Part shown: piece after piece, positions 51,921 to 64,000 of the stretch
How positions within the stretch are numbered: position 1 is the stretch's first letter
Layout: the number at the start of each line of letters is the position of its first letter
Assembly (NCBI GenBank): GCA_049999805.1
Contig: JBNGIO010006239.1
Coordinates: 90,743-154,742, forward strand
DNA from: Folioceros fuciformis
Lineage: Eukaryota
Direction: 5' to 3'
DNA: 64,000 nt
Made by a program: the position numbers and the translations under genes
Notes under the pieces: generated by a model
Told to the model about the DNA's origin: nothing
Seen by the model: the letters and a program-made list of their open reading frames with translations, nothing else
The model's database searches: none

Positions 51921-52629
51921 TTCGATTCATGGAGAAACATAAATAGAATGCAGCTTTGAAGTCTAGCATGCAAATAGAACTAAACCTTGAAGGATGAATT
52001 TTGCTGGGGTGCCTCCCATTCTCATGTTATACATCATGCCCAAGGCTTTGTAGTACAAATTCCTTGTATTGGATCAAAACAAAACCTTTAATATTTATAA
52101 TTATAAACATATTATTAACAGTAATGTAACAATAATATTAGTACAATAATAATTAGTGTAAAATGATACTATAATAATATATAATAATAATATAATGAGT
52201 CCACTAGTTGGGATTTGAAAAAAAGTTTCAACCCATCAAAATAACTAATAGTACAACATATCTATGCAGTTTGCAATGTTGTACTTAAGAAATAGAATGA
52301 ATGTCCGAACATATACAACCTACCACCAATAGTACACAAACAGTTGCCTGTTCAACAACAAGACCATAATGGTTGGGTTAGACACTGCCAGCTATAGTAG
52401 TCTACACGCCAAGAGCTTGCGCCCTGGGCAGTTATCAAAGGCTTCTGGGTTCGTATGCTGGAGTTGCCCTGTAGGTTCAGTAGAAGGGTACAAGCAGACT
52501 TGTCTATTGTACAACACCTTCGGAAGCCCTTCCACGTGTCAGATTATCTATTACTGGGCAATGCAATGTCACCAGAACGAAGTCCTCTTCCGGTGATAGT
52601 CCTAGTACCTTGCATGGGAAAAGATGTCA

Positions 52630-55281
52630 TCACATTCGTGAAATTTGCAAAGGTATTGATTCGTTTGCAACATCTTCTGCCATGACAGGCCGGAAGAGCT
52701 CCAGTTCTCTGTGGTGTTCTGCAAATCGCCTCCGGCAGTCCTCAGCAGCCATCACCCCTGTTGAGAACGCACCATGCACTGTGCCAGGAAAAATCCGACT
52801 GGTTGCTTCTCCTGCAAAGAAGAGGTTTTCTACAGGTGCACGAAGTCTGTCATACAAATCATGGGGCTTCCCAACAGCATCATAACTGTAACACCCCAGT
52901 GAACTCGTATCGGAGCCCCAATGCGACACAAGATAGCGTATCTGTGAAATACCCAACAGTCTGGTGTGAGCTCAGATACAAACCATCGCCGAATACGACC
53001 AGATTCGACTACTCGGATCAAAAAACTTACAGGCTCAGACGCATCAGGTAAAATTTTCTTCAGTTGCAACACTGCAAAGCTCGCCGCAGCCTCATCTGAA
53101 AGTTTCTCAATGTCGTTTGCCAAACGCCCAGCTGGCATGTACACAAGGACAGGATGCCCTGTGGCCTTATGAAGATTCAGGAAGTAGCTGCACCCATATG
53201 AAGTGGGGGCAACCACTCCAAGAAACTCCACATTCGGCCAGCAAACAGTCTCAAAGTACAGAGCTATCTTATTTTCATTCCCAACTCCCAAGTCCTCAAT
53301 CGCTGACTGTTTCCAATCAGGTAATCGGGGTTCAAATTGTATGATGTTTGCTTTAAGAACACCCAGGGGAACAGCGATCACTGCTGCATCAGCGTCAAAC
53401 ACTTTGCCATCCTCGGTGATGGCCCGCACACCATGATGTCGGTACACTACCTTAGATATCCTGTTCCAACAACAAGGAAAACCATTATTGCAGAATTCAG
53501 AGCAGCAACGACAAGAGAAACATAATTCAACATGGTAGGGCTGCCAAGTATGTCTAAGCCAGCTAAAGTACCTGTGATTGAGTCGGACATCAAGGCCATC
53601 AGACAAAGCTTTTACAACTGGCGAATAGCCCAACACCATCAGGCCATGGCCACCCTCCAGCAGTTCTTCCTAAAAGGTTCAACAAATGGTTGATCAGAGA
53701 AACGTTCAACAAAATATCATGACACATGGCCCCCGACACTGGATAAATACAAAAGAGTGGCTATCTGTACCTCATCCCAACTCTGGACAGAAATCCTGTC
53801 GGCATCAGCTGCAAACCAGCCCTCCATCCGACACAAATACCACTGCATGACCTTGAAGGCGAGGCCCTCCTGCCTGCACCTAAGAACAGAGACATCAGTC
53901 TCTGACAAAAACATGGTTTAAAACATGAAGTTCAGCGAGAACTACGGCGAGACTCTCCTCTCGCATGAACTACAAGATCCAGACAAACTGGTACGCACCT
54001 CAAGTCTGGGCGCTTCTTTAGCACTATGTCAAATGCTTCCATAACAGACATGTCGACAGGAAAATCTTCTCGTATTCTCTTTGTCTGTTGGTCAGACAAG
54101 AGGACGAGGATGTGAAAACACAACTCAAGCAACCAGATCAACTTACAAGAACCAGGCTCCATATCGCCTGAAACAAAATTGAGAGAGAGGGCTTGGAGAG
54201 AGAAAAAGAAATGCTAACTAAGAGGCATGGAAGGAGGGTGTGTAGACTACACCGCCATCAGAATATTACCTCTTCTAAAAGGGATTCGAAAGCTACTCCG
54301 ACTTCAGCCACCAGCTTTTGAGGGACCTGATGGCCATCCATGTCAAAAAGTGCATAACTGCACGCACAATCCAAACACGATTAAGCTGGAATCAAGCCAG
54401 GCATACACGGCGTGGCACATCCACACCCTAACCCAGATAAGGAGGCGTTTAGAACCGAACAGTGAGTACCTTTCAAGATCATGATCGTAGAGGACAGAGT
54501 TGTCTCCGCTTGTTCGATACATAGGTAACTTCAGCTTGGAAACAATGGATGCCAAAGGGTTGGCTGTACATACACCATGGAGCCTGCAACAAAGAAGAGC
54601 GTCGGCAAGATAAGGTGAGTCCAATTACTAGTGGCCCTTTGAGCTGCGGACGGGGGTGGGGGGTTGGGGGAGGGGAGCAATATCTCACCAAGATGCACCC
54701 ATGTCGATAGGGAAACCGAAGGTATAGTCAGTATATACACGACCGCCAACGCGATCCCGAGATTCTAAGACGGTGACCTACATCGTCCAGCCAAAAGACG
54801 AGTGAGTCCAAACCGATAGACAGCGCCATTCCTGCAATGACACACGGCAGGGGCTGGTAGGTGCCGGCAGGCGTGAAGTTACCTTAAAAGAGGCGTTTTG
54901 TAGCTCACGAGCCGCAGCCAGGCCCGCCATCCCCCCTCCTATTACAAGTACAGAGAGACAAGAGTCCGCCCCCAACATCAAAGAGCAAGGAGCTGCACAC
55001 TACAAAATTTTCGTTAGCAGTGAGACGAGAGGCCGCGGGCAATGAGGCCGGAGCGGCGGATCGACGCAGCCCCGGACGCAGCAACATAGGGCAACGACAG
55101 AGAGGGAGGAATTGCAGAATGCAGAGACGGCAAGAAAACGAAGTGAAAATCCCGTTGGCTGCTGGTGTAGCAGAAGCATTGGGCATTCGAGCACGCGGAA
55201 GTGAGCGGCATTAGCAGGAATTGAGAGAGCGTAAGGAATGGGAAACATACCAGGGTCCAAGCAGCGATCCGTGGGCGCCAT
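52630..55281 (-). CDS. PAO: peroxisomal polyamine oxidase (PAO2/3/4 clade), multi-exon
   Basis: FAD motif [91 protein letters not shown]-terminal IPLQISRM (PTS1). Start [10 protein letters not shown] at 55281 is inferred. Confidence 0.92.
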
Positions 55282-56143
55282 GTGTGCCGGACTTGAAGTC
55301 CTCCAGCGGTGATTCTTGACCGGCGTGGAGAAGCCCGGCGGTGGCAGGGCGCAGCAAGGAAGGGAGATAAGGAGGAAGAGGAAGCGGGAGTAGTGGAGCG
55401 CGAGGGAGGAAGAAGTAGCGTCCTCACTCCAGAAGCATGCACTAAGCACCACGTCCCGAGGCAAAAAGCGAGCGCCGAGAATTGGCAAACAAGGGCGAGA
55501 GACACGGTGGTGGGGCGTGCAGGAATTATGTTTCAAGCAGCCGGCCCGTGGCAGGATCAGACAATCCTGAGGCGGAAGCACTTGGCGGAACAGGAAGTGC
55601 ACGTGTGGGGCAGAAGGCGCGGCCGCGGAAGCAGTTTCATCCAGACTAAGTCACACATCCACGCGAGGCGGAGGAAAGGAAGAGTCAATCTCAAATTTCC
55701 AATTGCTAGCGGAGCCGGAGCCGGAGCCGGAGCAGCAGCAGCAGCAGCAGCAGGAGGCGACTTAGCGCGGGCCGAGGACAGAGTCTATGTCCTGTCCCAC
55801 TGTCAAGCACAACACGCAGCGCAGAAGCGCGTCAAGGCAAAGGAGACAGAAGAAAGCAACAAAAACCATCAAAGGCATTAAAAGGCCGCGTACCTGTAGC
55901 GCAGGCCCGTGCTAGCAACGAGCCCGCAAGAAAGCGCAATAGCAGTAGCAGTAGCAGTAGCAGCAGGAGAACGAACAAGGAGCAAGAGAAAGGAAGGCAA
56001 AGCAGACAGCTTGCGAGCATATGAGCTGTCTGGTCCGGTCTGGTCTGGTCCGCGAGCCGGATTTGCGAGCTCACGCGAGCGTTTCGCGGCCTACAGCTAT
56101 CATTCACCACTCCACATATGTATTATATGCGCCCCGGCTCCCA

Positions 56144-56152
56144 TATTTATAG
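56144..56152 (-). promoter_or_regulatory. candidate TATA box of the PAO gene
   Basis: CTATAAATA on the minus strand at the boundary between AT-rich upstream DNA and the GC/microsatellite-rich leader. Confidence 0.45.
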
Positions 56153-58089
56153 CCTCTCCTCGTCTTGTAATTTTCTATTCCAATTTTCCTACTTATTTTG
56201 TTTTAGGCAGTCGGCGTCGGCCCTTATGCCTAATCGGGAATCCCTTCCCCTACGGTCAGGATTTCTCTCCTAAAGAGACCTCCGGTCGCCCCGCCCTCTC
56301 TTTCCCTGCTTTAGAAAAACTTTTAATAACGGTTTTTTAATAGTAATTAAATACTTTCTATGAAGGAGATCTCTTTCCAAATCCGATCGCTCATCCTACA
56401 AGCTTAAAAAATAAATATTTAATAATAATTAAAATATTCATATATACTTTTAACTATATTTATTATCAAACTAAACAAAACTCCCTTTTTCTTTTCTATC
56501 TCCTTTCCCTCTCCCTCCCTCTCCTCATCCACGGCCGTCCCTTGTGTGAAGGATCCTTCCCTTGGCACGGGTATAATGGAGTTGTTACGAAGGGGCGGGC
56601 ACCAGCATCCCTTGGAAAGCTAAGGGTAAGGATGAGCAGTAGCCCGAACACTAGCTACGGCAGCCAGTAGCTAACAAGTGTCTAATTAGCAAGTTCAAGC
56701 CAAGTTGGCGGCGGCGGGAGCACACGCCATGATTGCGATGAGATGTGGGCGTTTCACGTGCCGGGCCCGGGCTTCGGGCTCCGGGGACCGGGTACCGGGC
56801 GCCGGGTACCGGGCTGCCGTCACCGGGGACCTGGTCGGGCATTGAGGAGCACTCACATGCCCATCACCTGCCTTTATAAATGTTTGCTGCCCTCCAGTTT
56901 TGTGAGCTCGGTGTAAGCTGCGCCTTGGCGTGTGAGGCGAGCCTCACCGCATCACACCTCGAATAGCGCACCTCCCTGTACACTCTCTACCGCCACACTT
57001 CCGCTCGCCTGTCGCCATCACCGGCCTAGTTTCATATGCCTTTCTTTATGTGCTTATTCATACTTTGGCTATGGCCATAGGCTAGCTGTGCGTGCTTCAT
57101 GGAGAAGTGCTATGGTGGGATGAAAGGGAAAGGAATCCTTGGATTATGTTATGGCCTTCCGCATGGAATCTTGATACAGTCACTCTTGCGGTGGCCCTCT
57201 GGTTGAGATGCTGCGAGGGAAAGTAGTTGTTGTTGCGTATGGCAGCAACTTGTGGCCATCACACAAATCACCACATTGGTGGCTCAGTTGCCTCTTCTGA
57301 GCCATCTTGATCCAACTATTTTTGAGCTGGCTGCAACCTCTATCGTATAGGAATCTTTCTAGCACAAGTGACACTTGTGTCACATGTTTTTCTTTCTACT
57401 CTGACACAAGACTAAGGTTTACCATGTTACTAAGGTGTGAGAGGTGGAAGTGAACATAGGGCCTTTCCCACTCATGCAAATGAATGCAAGGGCTTTCTTG
57501 TCCATGTGAGTGAGCTTAAGGGCTTTCTCGTGGATGCAAGTAAGCATAGGGGCTTTAGGGGCTTTCCCATGGCTGGAGGACAAAATTTAGGGAGGGAGAG
57601 AAATCTGCGCTGTCTTATTGTCATATCCCCTTAGGACAAGAACAAGCCATAAGCCCTTTGCACAAGAATAACTTGTAAGGCCTCCATAGAAGACCAACGC
57701 CCACAAAAAGGTGTGCCCACACTACTAGAGTGTCCTACAAACACTAGAGAAGATAGACATCTAGGCATGGCCTCCTCCTTTGTACACAGCTGCAAGTACA
57801 TTTCTAATAGCTCCATTATGCTCCTTGCCCTCCTTGCACAAAGTGATCAAGGCGAGGTGCATATGGTACATGTCGAGGAGGAAGTCCATACACTCCACAA
57901 TGAAATGTGGCTGTGGACCCTCCAATCACATTTTGCAATCGTTCAAATGGTAGAGCAATGCTTATTGTCCTCCAACACCAACTATGGGATGTAATGCATT
58001 ACCCCATCATATTAAGTGTAACCCCAAGCCATGGCATCATGCCCAAGTCCTCTTCAGCTCATGTTAGCTCTTGTTCCATAAAGGATCAA

Positions 58090-59245
58090 GCTCTTGGCCC
58101 GGCCTCACATTTAGGAGTTTCAAATTGCACCAGTAACTTTCACAATTGCAACAAGATTCCGCCTGGGTTTGGCCCACACTTTGGCTATTTTCCTCTCTAC
58201 ATGCATTGGAGGGGCTACTATCATGGACTCATGGTCCCATCCGGCATGTCGTGCCATCGAGGAACAGAGCATTGTCACCCATTATATAATTCAGGATGTT
58301 ATGTTCTTTATGGCTAGAAAGTGTGGTTTCCTTCCCTACAGGTAGTGTTTGTATACTTTGCGCAACGTGATTTCATTTCCAGCTAACCTTTTTTAATAAG
58401 GGGGAATAGGTTTGTGTGGTTGATGTGGTTGTTACGGATACTACTAGGCACTCGATTTGCAATTACATTATCATAAACCCTTCTTGATGTACAAGAGTGG
58501 GTTGTGCGATTTCCAAATTCTGTACATATTCTCCCTTGCAAGATGGACATGTTTTCATCCCCTTGCTCGTGAAACCCCATGGGGCCCTGGGGCTATGGGC
58601 AATAACTTTTTGGTGTCTTCAAGGAGTGCACAAAGGTATATCATAGTCATAGAAATGAGGTTCTTTTTATGTCTTCGGTCATGGCCTTCGTTTGACAATG
58701 CATATCTATCACATTTCAAAGGGTGTTGGGCGATGTGATTTTCTTAACAGCATATCTATCACATTTCAAAGGGTGTTGGGCGATGTGATTTTCTTAACAN
58801 NNNNNNNNNNNNNNNNNNNNNNNNNNNNNNNNNNNNNNNNNNNNNNNNNNNNNNNNNNNNNNNNNNNNNNNNNNNNNNNNNNNNNNNNNNNNNNNNNNNT
58901 ATCTATCACATTTCAAAGGGTGTTGGGCGATGTGATTTTCTTAACAACATATCTATCACATTTCAAAGGGTGTTGGGCGATGTGATTTTCTTAACAGCAT
59001 ATCTATCGCATTTCAAAGGGTGTTGGGCGATATGATTTTCTTAACAGCGACAAGTATTAAGTTGCTTCTTTGGCAATGGTTGTAGGTAGGCCTTTTGTTA
59101 TTTCGCATTACGATATTTTGGGAGCTATAGGAAATTTTGGGAAAGATATTCAAGGAGGCTAGTCCCCCCTTCTGCTTTTGACCCTCTTTGCGATATTCCT
59201 CCTCGTCTTTTGAATAGATGAAAATTTTCATCTCTTTTTTCAATA
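58090..59245 (+). mobile_element. RLE-type non-LTR retrotransposon 3' fragment, copy B
   Basis: FTIATRFRLGLAH, DVVVTD, FHPLARETPWG; similar to copies A and C and ends catctctttttt; interrupted by a 50-bp array and a gap. Confidence 0.6.
58699..59048. repeat. 50-bp tandem repeat spanning an assembly gap
   Basis: Near-identical units of gcatatctatcacatttcaaagggtgttgggcgatgtgattttcttaaca on both sides of the N run. Confidence 0.85.
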
Positions 59246-59719
59246 TATATATTATTACTTTGCTTTGTAACTAATTGTCACACAATTTATTCTCTACAAG
59301 TTGTCTTGTATGTGTTGCTAGCAATACTTTAAAATCCATGATGAAGTTGAAGAATAGTATTACTTAATTTATCTACAAATGACCAAAACCACTAGTTTTG
59401 ATCTAGTGTGTTTCTTTTAAAAATTGGATAGAACTTTGTATAACACAATTTACACAAGCTATTACTTAAAAAAATACTAATTGATGTACTTAGTTCAAGT
59501 TAACTCATACTTGATTAAAAAAAAGAAAAAGAATTTCATTAGAGTGCTAAGAGGACATATTTGGAAAACGAAGGAGAAAACAACGTAGGAGGAGAAAGGG
59601 TTTTCTCTAGTCAAAAGGGGTTTCAACAATAATCTTAATAATTTTCTATCGTTTTGGATTTTTTTCTATTATTTTACATCGTTTTATAGGTCCTTAATTA
59701 CTTCTTTCTTCATGTTTTG

Positions 59720-62472
59720 CACAACAACCAGATTACCTTGCTAGAATTGTTGCACCTTCTCCAGTTTTCTTATCAAGTGTCAAGAAGTTTGATAATCAAG
59801 TTATGCAGGCTCTTAGAGACATCATAGGTCTCGGCACCTTTGAGTGCGCCGTTGGTGATTTGNNNNNNNNNNNNNNNNNNNNNNNNNNNNNNNNNNNNNN
59901 NNNNNNNNNNNNNNNNNNNNNNNNNNNNNNNNNNNNNNNNNNNNNNNNNNNNNNNNNNNNNNGAAGAGCGCTTTCCCTTTACATGTATTTCTTAGGCAAG
60001 CAAGGGACTCTTTACCTTTGAAGGCTCGTGAGGCTCTATCTTCTTTCACCTCCTTTTCTAGGGAAGGATTAAAGGGTCCTCAGGCTTCCCTCCTGGAAAA
60101 GCAATATGGCCAAGCATTAAGAGCCTTTCTTTCAAACTCATCCATCCCCAGATTTTATCAGGCTTGTATTCACTCTTATTCAGGTAAAGGAGCGGGCTTT
60201 TGGCTCAACCTTGCATCTTGGTGTTTCAAATCACAATAGCAACTTTCGCCGCCGCGATGAGATTTCGCTTCGATTTGGCCTTCCCCTCAACTTTTTGGCT
60301 CTCTGCATGTAGTTGTGGGGTTACCTTTGTTAACACAAGGTCCCATGTGTTACATTGTTCTGTCAAAGGGGCATCGCATTGCCAGGCATGATGCAGTTCG
60401 GGAAGTCATGTTCTCAATGGCTAAGGAATGTGGGTTTCTTTGGTATAGGGAGCATCCATATACTTTGCGTAATTGAGTTTTACTTTGAGCTGACCTTTTT
60501 TCACCAGGGAGGAACATGTATGTGTCGTTGATGTGGTTGTTACGAATCCCACTAGGGATTCGATTTGCGAGCAAGTTGTCATCAATCCCCTTGAATGGGC
60601 AGCAGAGGGTTGTGCAAGCGTTAAAGTCCATAAATATTCTCCCCTACAAGACCGGCATATTTTCATCCCCCTTACTATTGAGACTCATAGGGCCATTGGC
60701 AAGGACTTTTTAAGGTTCACTAAGGAGAGTGCAAAGGTTTACCAAAGTTATAGGAATTGTGTTCTTCCTCTTTCCTTTGTGGCGGTCTTCTTTCAACAAC
60801 ACGTATTCATAACTTTGCAAAGAGCATTTTTTCACGAAAAAAAATTCTGATTAAGTTGGCAGATGCCTCCCACTACAATACAAAGGGAAAATCCTACTAA
60901 TGTATGTACAAAAATCAAGCACCAGAAGAGAGGGGGAGAACTGGCCTTGAGTCCAAAACTCAAGACAAGACTCTCAGAGAGTGCTCCCCTAAACTATGGT
61001 ACCCTCGAACTGCCGAAGCCACTTATACTCACACCTCAAGGTCACCCACGGACTTTAAGGCTCACCGCCCCCAGGGGCACGAATGATTCCAACACGTATC
61101 TTTGCCAGGTGCTAGGAATGCCATCCTCCAGTCTTTCCGCTTAAATTGCTTCCGACGAAATTGCTCCAAAGCTTCTGCTGCAATGAACGAATGCTCCCAT
61201 ATGCGCCACAACAAAACTTTTGATGAACCTGAATCCTGTCCTCCATAGATCACCGTGGACCAGTTGACCGAGAGATGGAAAAGGCAAGAAGACCACAATA
61301 AGCCCCACCATTGTGTTTTAAGGAGAGGTTTGCCCGAAGATGCGTCCAGCCCAAATAAGGCTGATTGTGTCGTGATCTTGAGGTTAGCACCAAGAAAAAT
61401 CAAACAGAGCCACTTGCCAACCTCCATCCAAATCTCTTGGGCAAAGCTGCAATGATAGAACATGTGTTGGCTCTTGTTCGGGGCCCTAGCGGTGCACAGT
61501 CGACACACATCCTTGCTCGTTGTAGCTAAAAGCCCATCCCATCGATCCGCATTAGGCAAACACGCTTGAGAAAAACACCAAACCATAGACCTGACCTTGG
61601 GGGGGATTCCTGTGGACTTCCATAGAAGTTTGAAGGCTTCCCTTTGTCGCCTTCCAGCTAATTGCAATCGGGGAGCCATCGGTTGTCTTTGTTTGATTTT
61701 CTGCGCTCGCACTAACCAAAGGAACAAGTCCGCCGTTGGGAATTTGAAGAAAGATCGAGGGGTAGCTTGCACCCTAGATGCCTGGGCCACTTGTAGAGAT
61801 ATGGTCTGAAGGTCAGGGCCTAATTCTCGCCTAGTCGGAACTAGCACTGAATCTTTGCTTTGTCGGAGGTTTATGGCCCAATTGGGCATTCACTTGGGCT
61901 GCACCATCGCCCTGCCCGAATGGACTTAACGAGGACAGTGGTAGCCCGCAATTCCCCTCCTCGGGCTTCCCCATCATCCCTGCCCTGGTCTTCCAAAAGC
62001 CCATCCGGCGACATGACCTTGAACGACTTCAGCGTCTCATTGCCATCCGATCTCGCAAGCCAGACCGCCCTATCCAGTTCTATGTGAGATCCTGGCCCTT
62101 GTAGCTCCTTTGTAACTAGCACAGGTCCTCCCTAAAAAAACGTTCTTGCTGGCGTTGTTCTCATGCTCGTTGAACCCCTAGTCTCCTCAAATACCTAGTC
62201 GCCTCATTGTTAGCACACATCAATTTGACCGCCGCATCTTTGCAAAGAGCATTGGCCAATGCAGTTTTTAGATTAGTAACAAGCGCAGGTCAAGCGGCTT
62301 CTTTACCACCGCTGGTAAGTAGGCCTTTTGTTATTCCACATCATAACATTTTATGAGCCGTAGGTAGTTTTTTAGAATGATGTTCGAAGGGGCTAGTACC
62401 CCTTTTAGCCTTAGGCTTGCTCAGGTTGCTCCTTCAATCTTTAGAGTAGATGGGACTTTCCATCTCTTTTTT
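59720..62472 (+). mobile_element. RLE-type non-LTR retrotransposon, copy C, interrupted by an L1 insertion
   Basis: SGKGAGFWLN, FAAAMRFRF, zinc knuckle CSCG...HVLHC followed by RHDAVREV, DVVVTNP, IFIPLTIETHRAIG. TLQRA/LANAV resumes after the insertion. Confidence 0.7.
60829..62237 (-). mobile_element. 5'-truncated L1-clade LINE (zf-RVT region) with 16-bp TSD
   Basis: ORF 61062-61889 contains LWKSTGIPPKVRSMVW..LPNADR..CRLC..SQHMFYHCSFAQEIW (zf-RVT). The direct repeat ctttgcaaagagcatt lies at 60813-60828 and 62238-62253. Confidence 0.88.
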
Positions 62473-63497
62473 AAGAATAGAAAATAATCGTTCCTTTGAT
62501 GTCCATGTTGCTATTTGCAAGCACTTTACGTGATGTGAATGTTGAGAATTAGCAAGGATGAATACATTTGGAGCTTCCAATTTCTGATAATTTTAGTATG
62601 ATACATGTTTAGAAAAAAATTATGTTTTATAAAATTTAGGGTAGTCTTTGTTGCACAACCACAAGTATGCATAATTTTGCAAAGTGGCACTAAATAGTGC
62701 CCATGAATTTGTAATAATATGGTCTTAAATTCTATCATTGTATGTCATTCACATAAATATTTCCTTTTTATTTTCCAAAAAAAAATGTTCTTTACATGTG
62801 CAAGACTGACATGAAGAACATTTTTGCCCTTAAATGCCTCCACAATCAACTAATTGTTATATCAATTATTTGATTCTTACAATTCAATCATTTTTTTTCT
62901 CTTTCGACATTTGAGAGGCTTTGTATTAATCTGCTCGTGAGTCCACGTGCACACCGGGAGCCCATTGTTGCCTACAAATATGCACTAGTGACGCACAAGT
63001 GCATACAATTGGCCACCCATAGTTCATGGGTACATATGATTGTGTGTAAAGACCTTGGCATGGGTACTCTTACGTGCCATGAGCAAGCTGGTGTGCCTAG
63101 GTGTGTGCCAAGAGCTGGCTGGCGCAGGATAGAACAAGATAGGATAGTCCATTGAAACCTCATTTGCAAACTTGGCTGGCAAATTGTGTTTGGTATGATT
63201 CTAAGTAGAAGCTAGTCCCTTAATTGAAATGCCCTCTACCAGGTTATTGTATCTTTTCTTACATAATACAGCCTCCTCTTTACTTTTACAAACTCACTTT
63301 AACTTAACTTAGTTTATATTCGTTTAACTTAATATAATATAATTTAATATAATACAAAATTTTGTGGTGACCTAACAACTGCATAGGTTATCATAATTTT
63401 GCCTACCACTATAACCCCAAGCTAAATTTTTTCTAGCTTATCTTACTATGTTGCTAATTCTCTCTTGCCTTTCCTTGGCTTTTGGCTTGTCTAACCA

Positions 63498-64000
63498 TTA
63501 GAACCTTTGCTCAAGAGGAGGAAGGTTTTTAAAGAGGTGTGAAGCCAAATAATCACGGGATCGTGCTTTCTTAAAGAATGGGTGTTGTAGCAAAGAACTT
63601 GCTGTGCACCTTTCCTTGGGCTCCTTTACTAGACATCGTTTTATCATGTCTTGGAACTCCAAAGAGAAGTTGGATTCCTCTAGATGAGGAGGAGAGTTAA
63701 TGATGGTTCCTTGTAAAATATCCATTGGTCCTAAGTTTGCACCAGGAACCTTCCCTTGTGCTAATTCTATGGCTGTGATGCCAAACGACCATAAATCAGC
63801 TTTGAAGTTGTAGGGAGGTATAGTAGGTTGTAGGATGACTTCAGGAGCCATCCAACAAACAGAGCCAGTAAACTCTGAAAAGGCTACCGCATTAGGTGTT
63901 GCGATTGCTGATGATCCGAAGTCTGCAAGCTTCACATCGCCTCTACCACTTAACAAGATGTTACCTGATTTCACATCTCGATGTATAATGCCTTGTGAGT
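63498..64000 (-). CDS. STE20/MAP4K-type Ser/Thr kinase (BLUS1/fray-like), 3' part; runs off the window end
   Basis: HRDVKSGNILL, VKLADFG, FTGSVCWMAPEV, KADLWSFGITAIELAQG, MIKRCLVKEPKER, HPFFKKARSRDYL..LPPLEQRF. Confidence 0.85.
   Translation of the reverse strand, partial: SQGIIHRDVKSGNILLSGRGDVKLADFGSSAIATPNAVAFSEFTGSVCWMAPEVILQPTIPPYNFKADLWSFGITAIELAQGKVPGANLGPMDILQGTIINSPPHLEESNFSLEFQDMIKRCLVKEPKERCTASSLLQHPFFKKARSRDYLASHLFKNLPPLEQRF

Noticed and set aside
56740-56845. GC-rich ccggg/cccgg repeats resembling DNA-transposon subterminal motifs
   Set aside because: I could not identify terminal inverted repeats, a TSD or transposase sequence.
58699-59048. Regular 50-bp repeats superficially like a CRISPR array
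   Set aside because: The units are contiguous with no unique spacers, there are no cas genes, and the context is eukaryotic; this is a tandem repeat.

Overview
Eukaryotic nuclear DNA from a land plant, most likely a seed-free plant with U-to-C organellar RNA editing. A hornwort is the best guess, from the GRP-terminated DYW:KP PPR genes and compact genes with introns of about 80-150 bp. GC-rich gene islands alternate with AT-rich decayed transposon blocks. Genes: 5' end of LEO1/VIP4, an intronless F-box gene, a plastid ABC1 kinase (At3g24190/ABC1K6-like), a head-to-head plastid RPL3 / mitochondrial-type RPL9 pair, FIGL1, a convergent pair of PLS-PPR genes (one intact, one pseudogene), a GH47 alpha-mannosidase (MNS1/2), a peroxisomal polyamine oxidase and part of a STE20/BLUS1-like kinase. 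Mobile DNA: Ty1/Copia remnants, three copies of an RLE-type (CRE/R2-like) non-LTR element, and an L1 fragment nested in one copy with a 16-bp TSD. The standout feature is the intact 1011-aa PPR protein. It joins two N-terminal OSB-type PDF motifs (a single-stranded DNA-binding module) to a PLS array and a DYW:KP/GRP domain of the U-to-C editing class. All identifications come from motif recognition by eye, and exon boundaries were checked only where stated.
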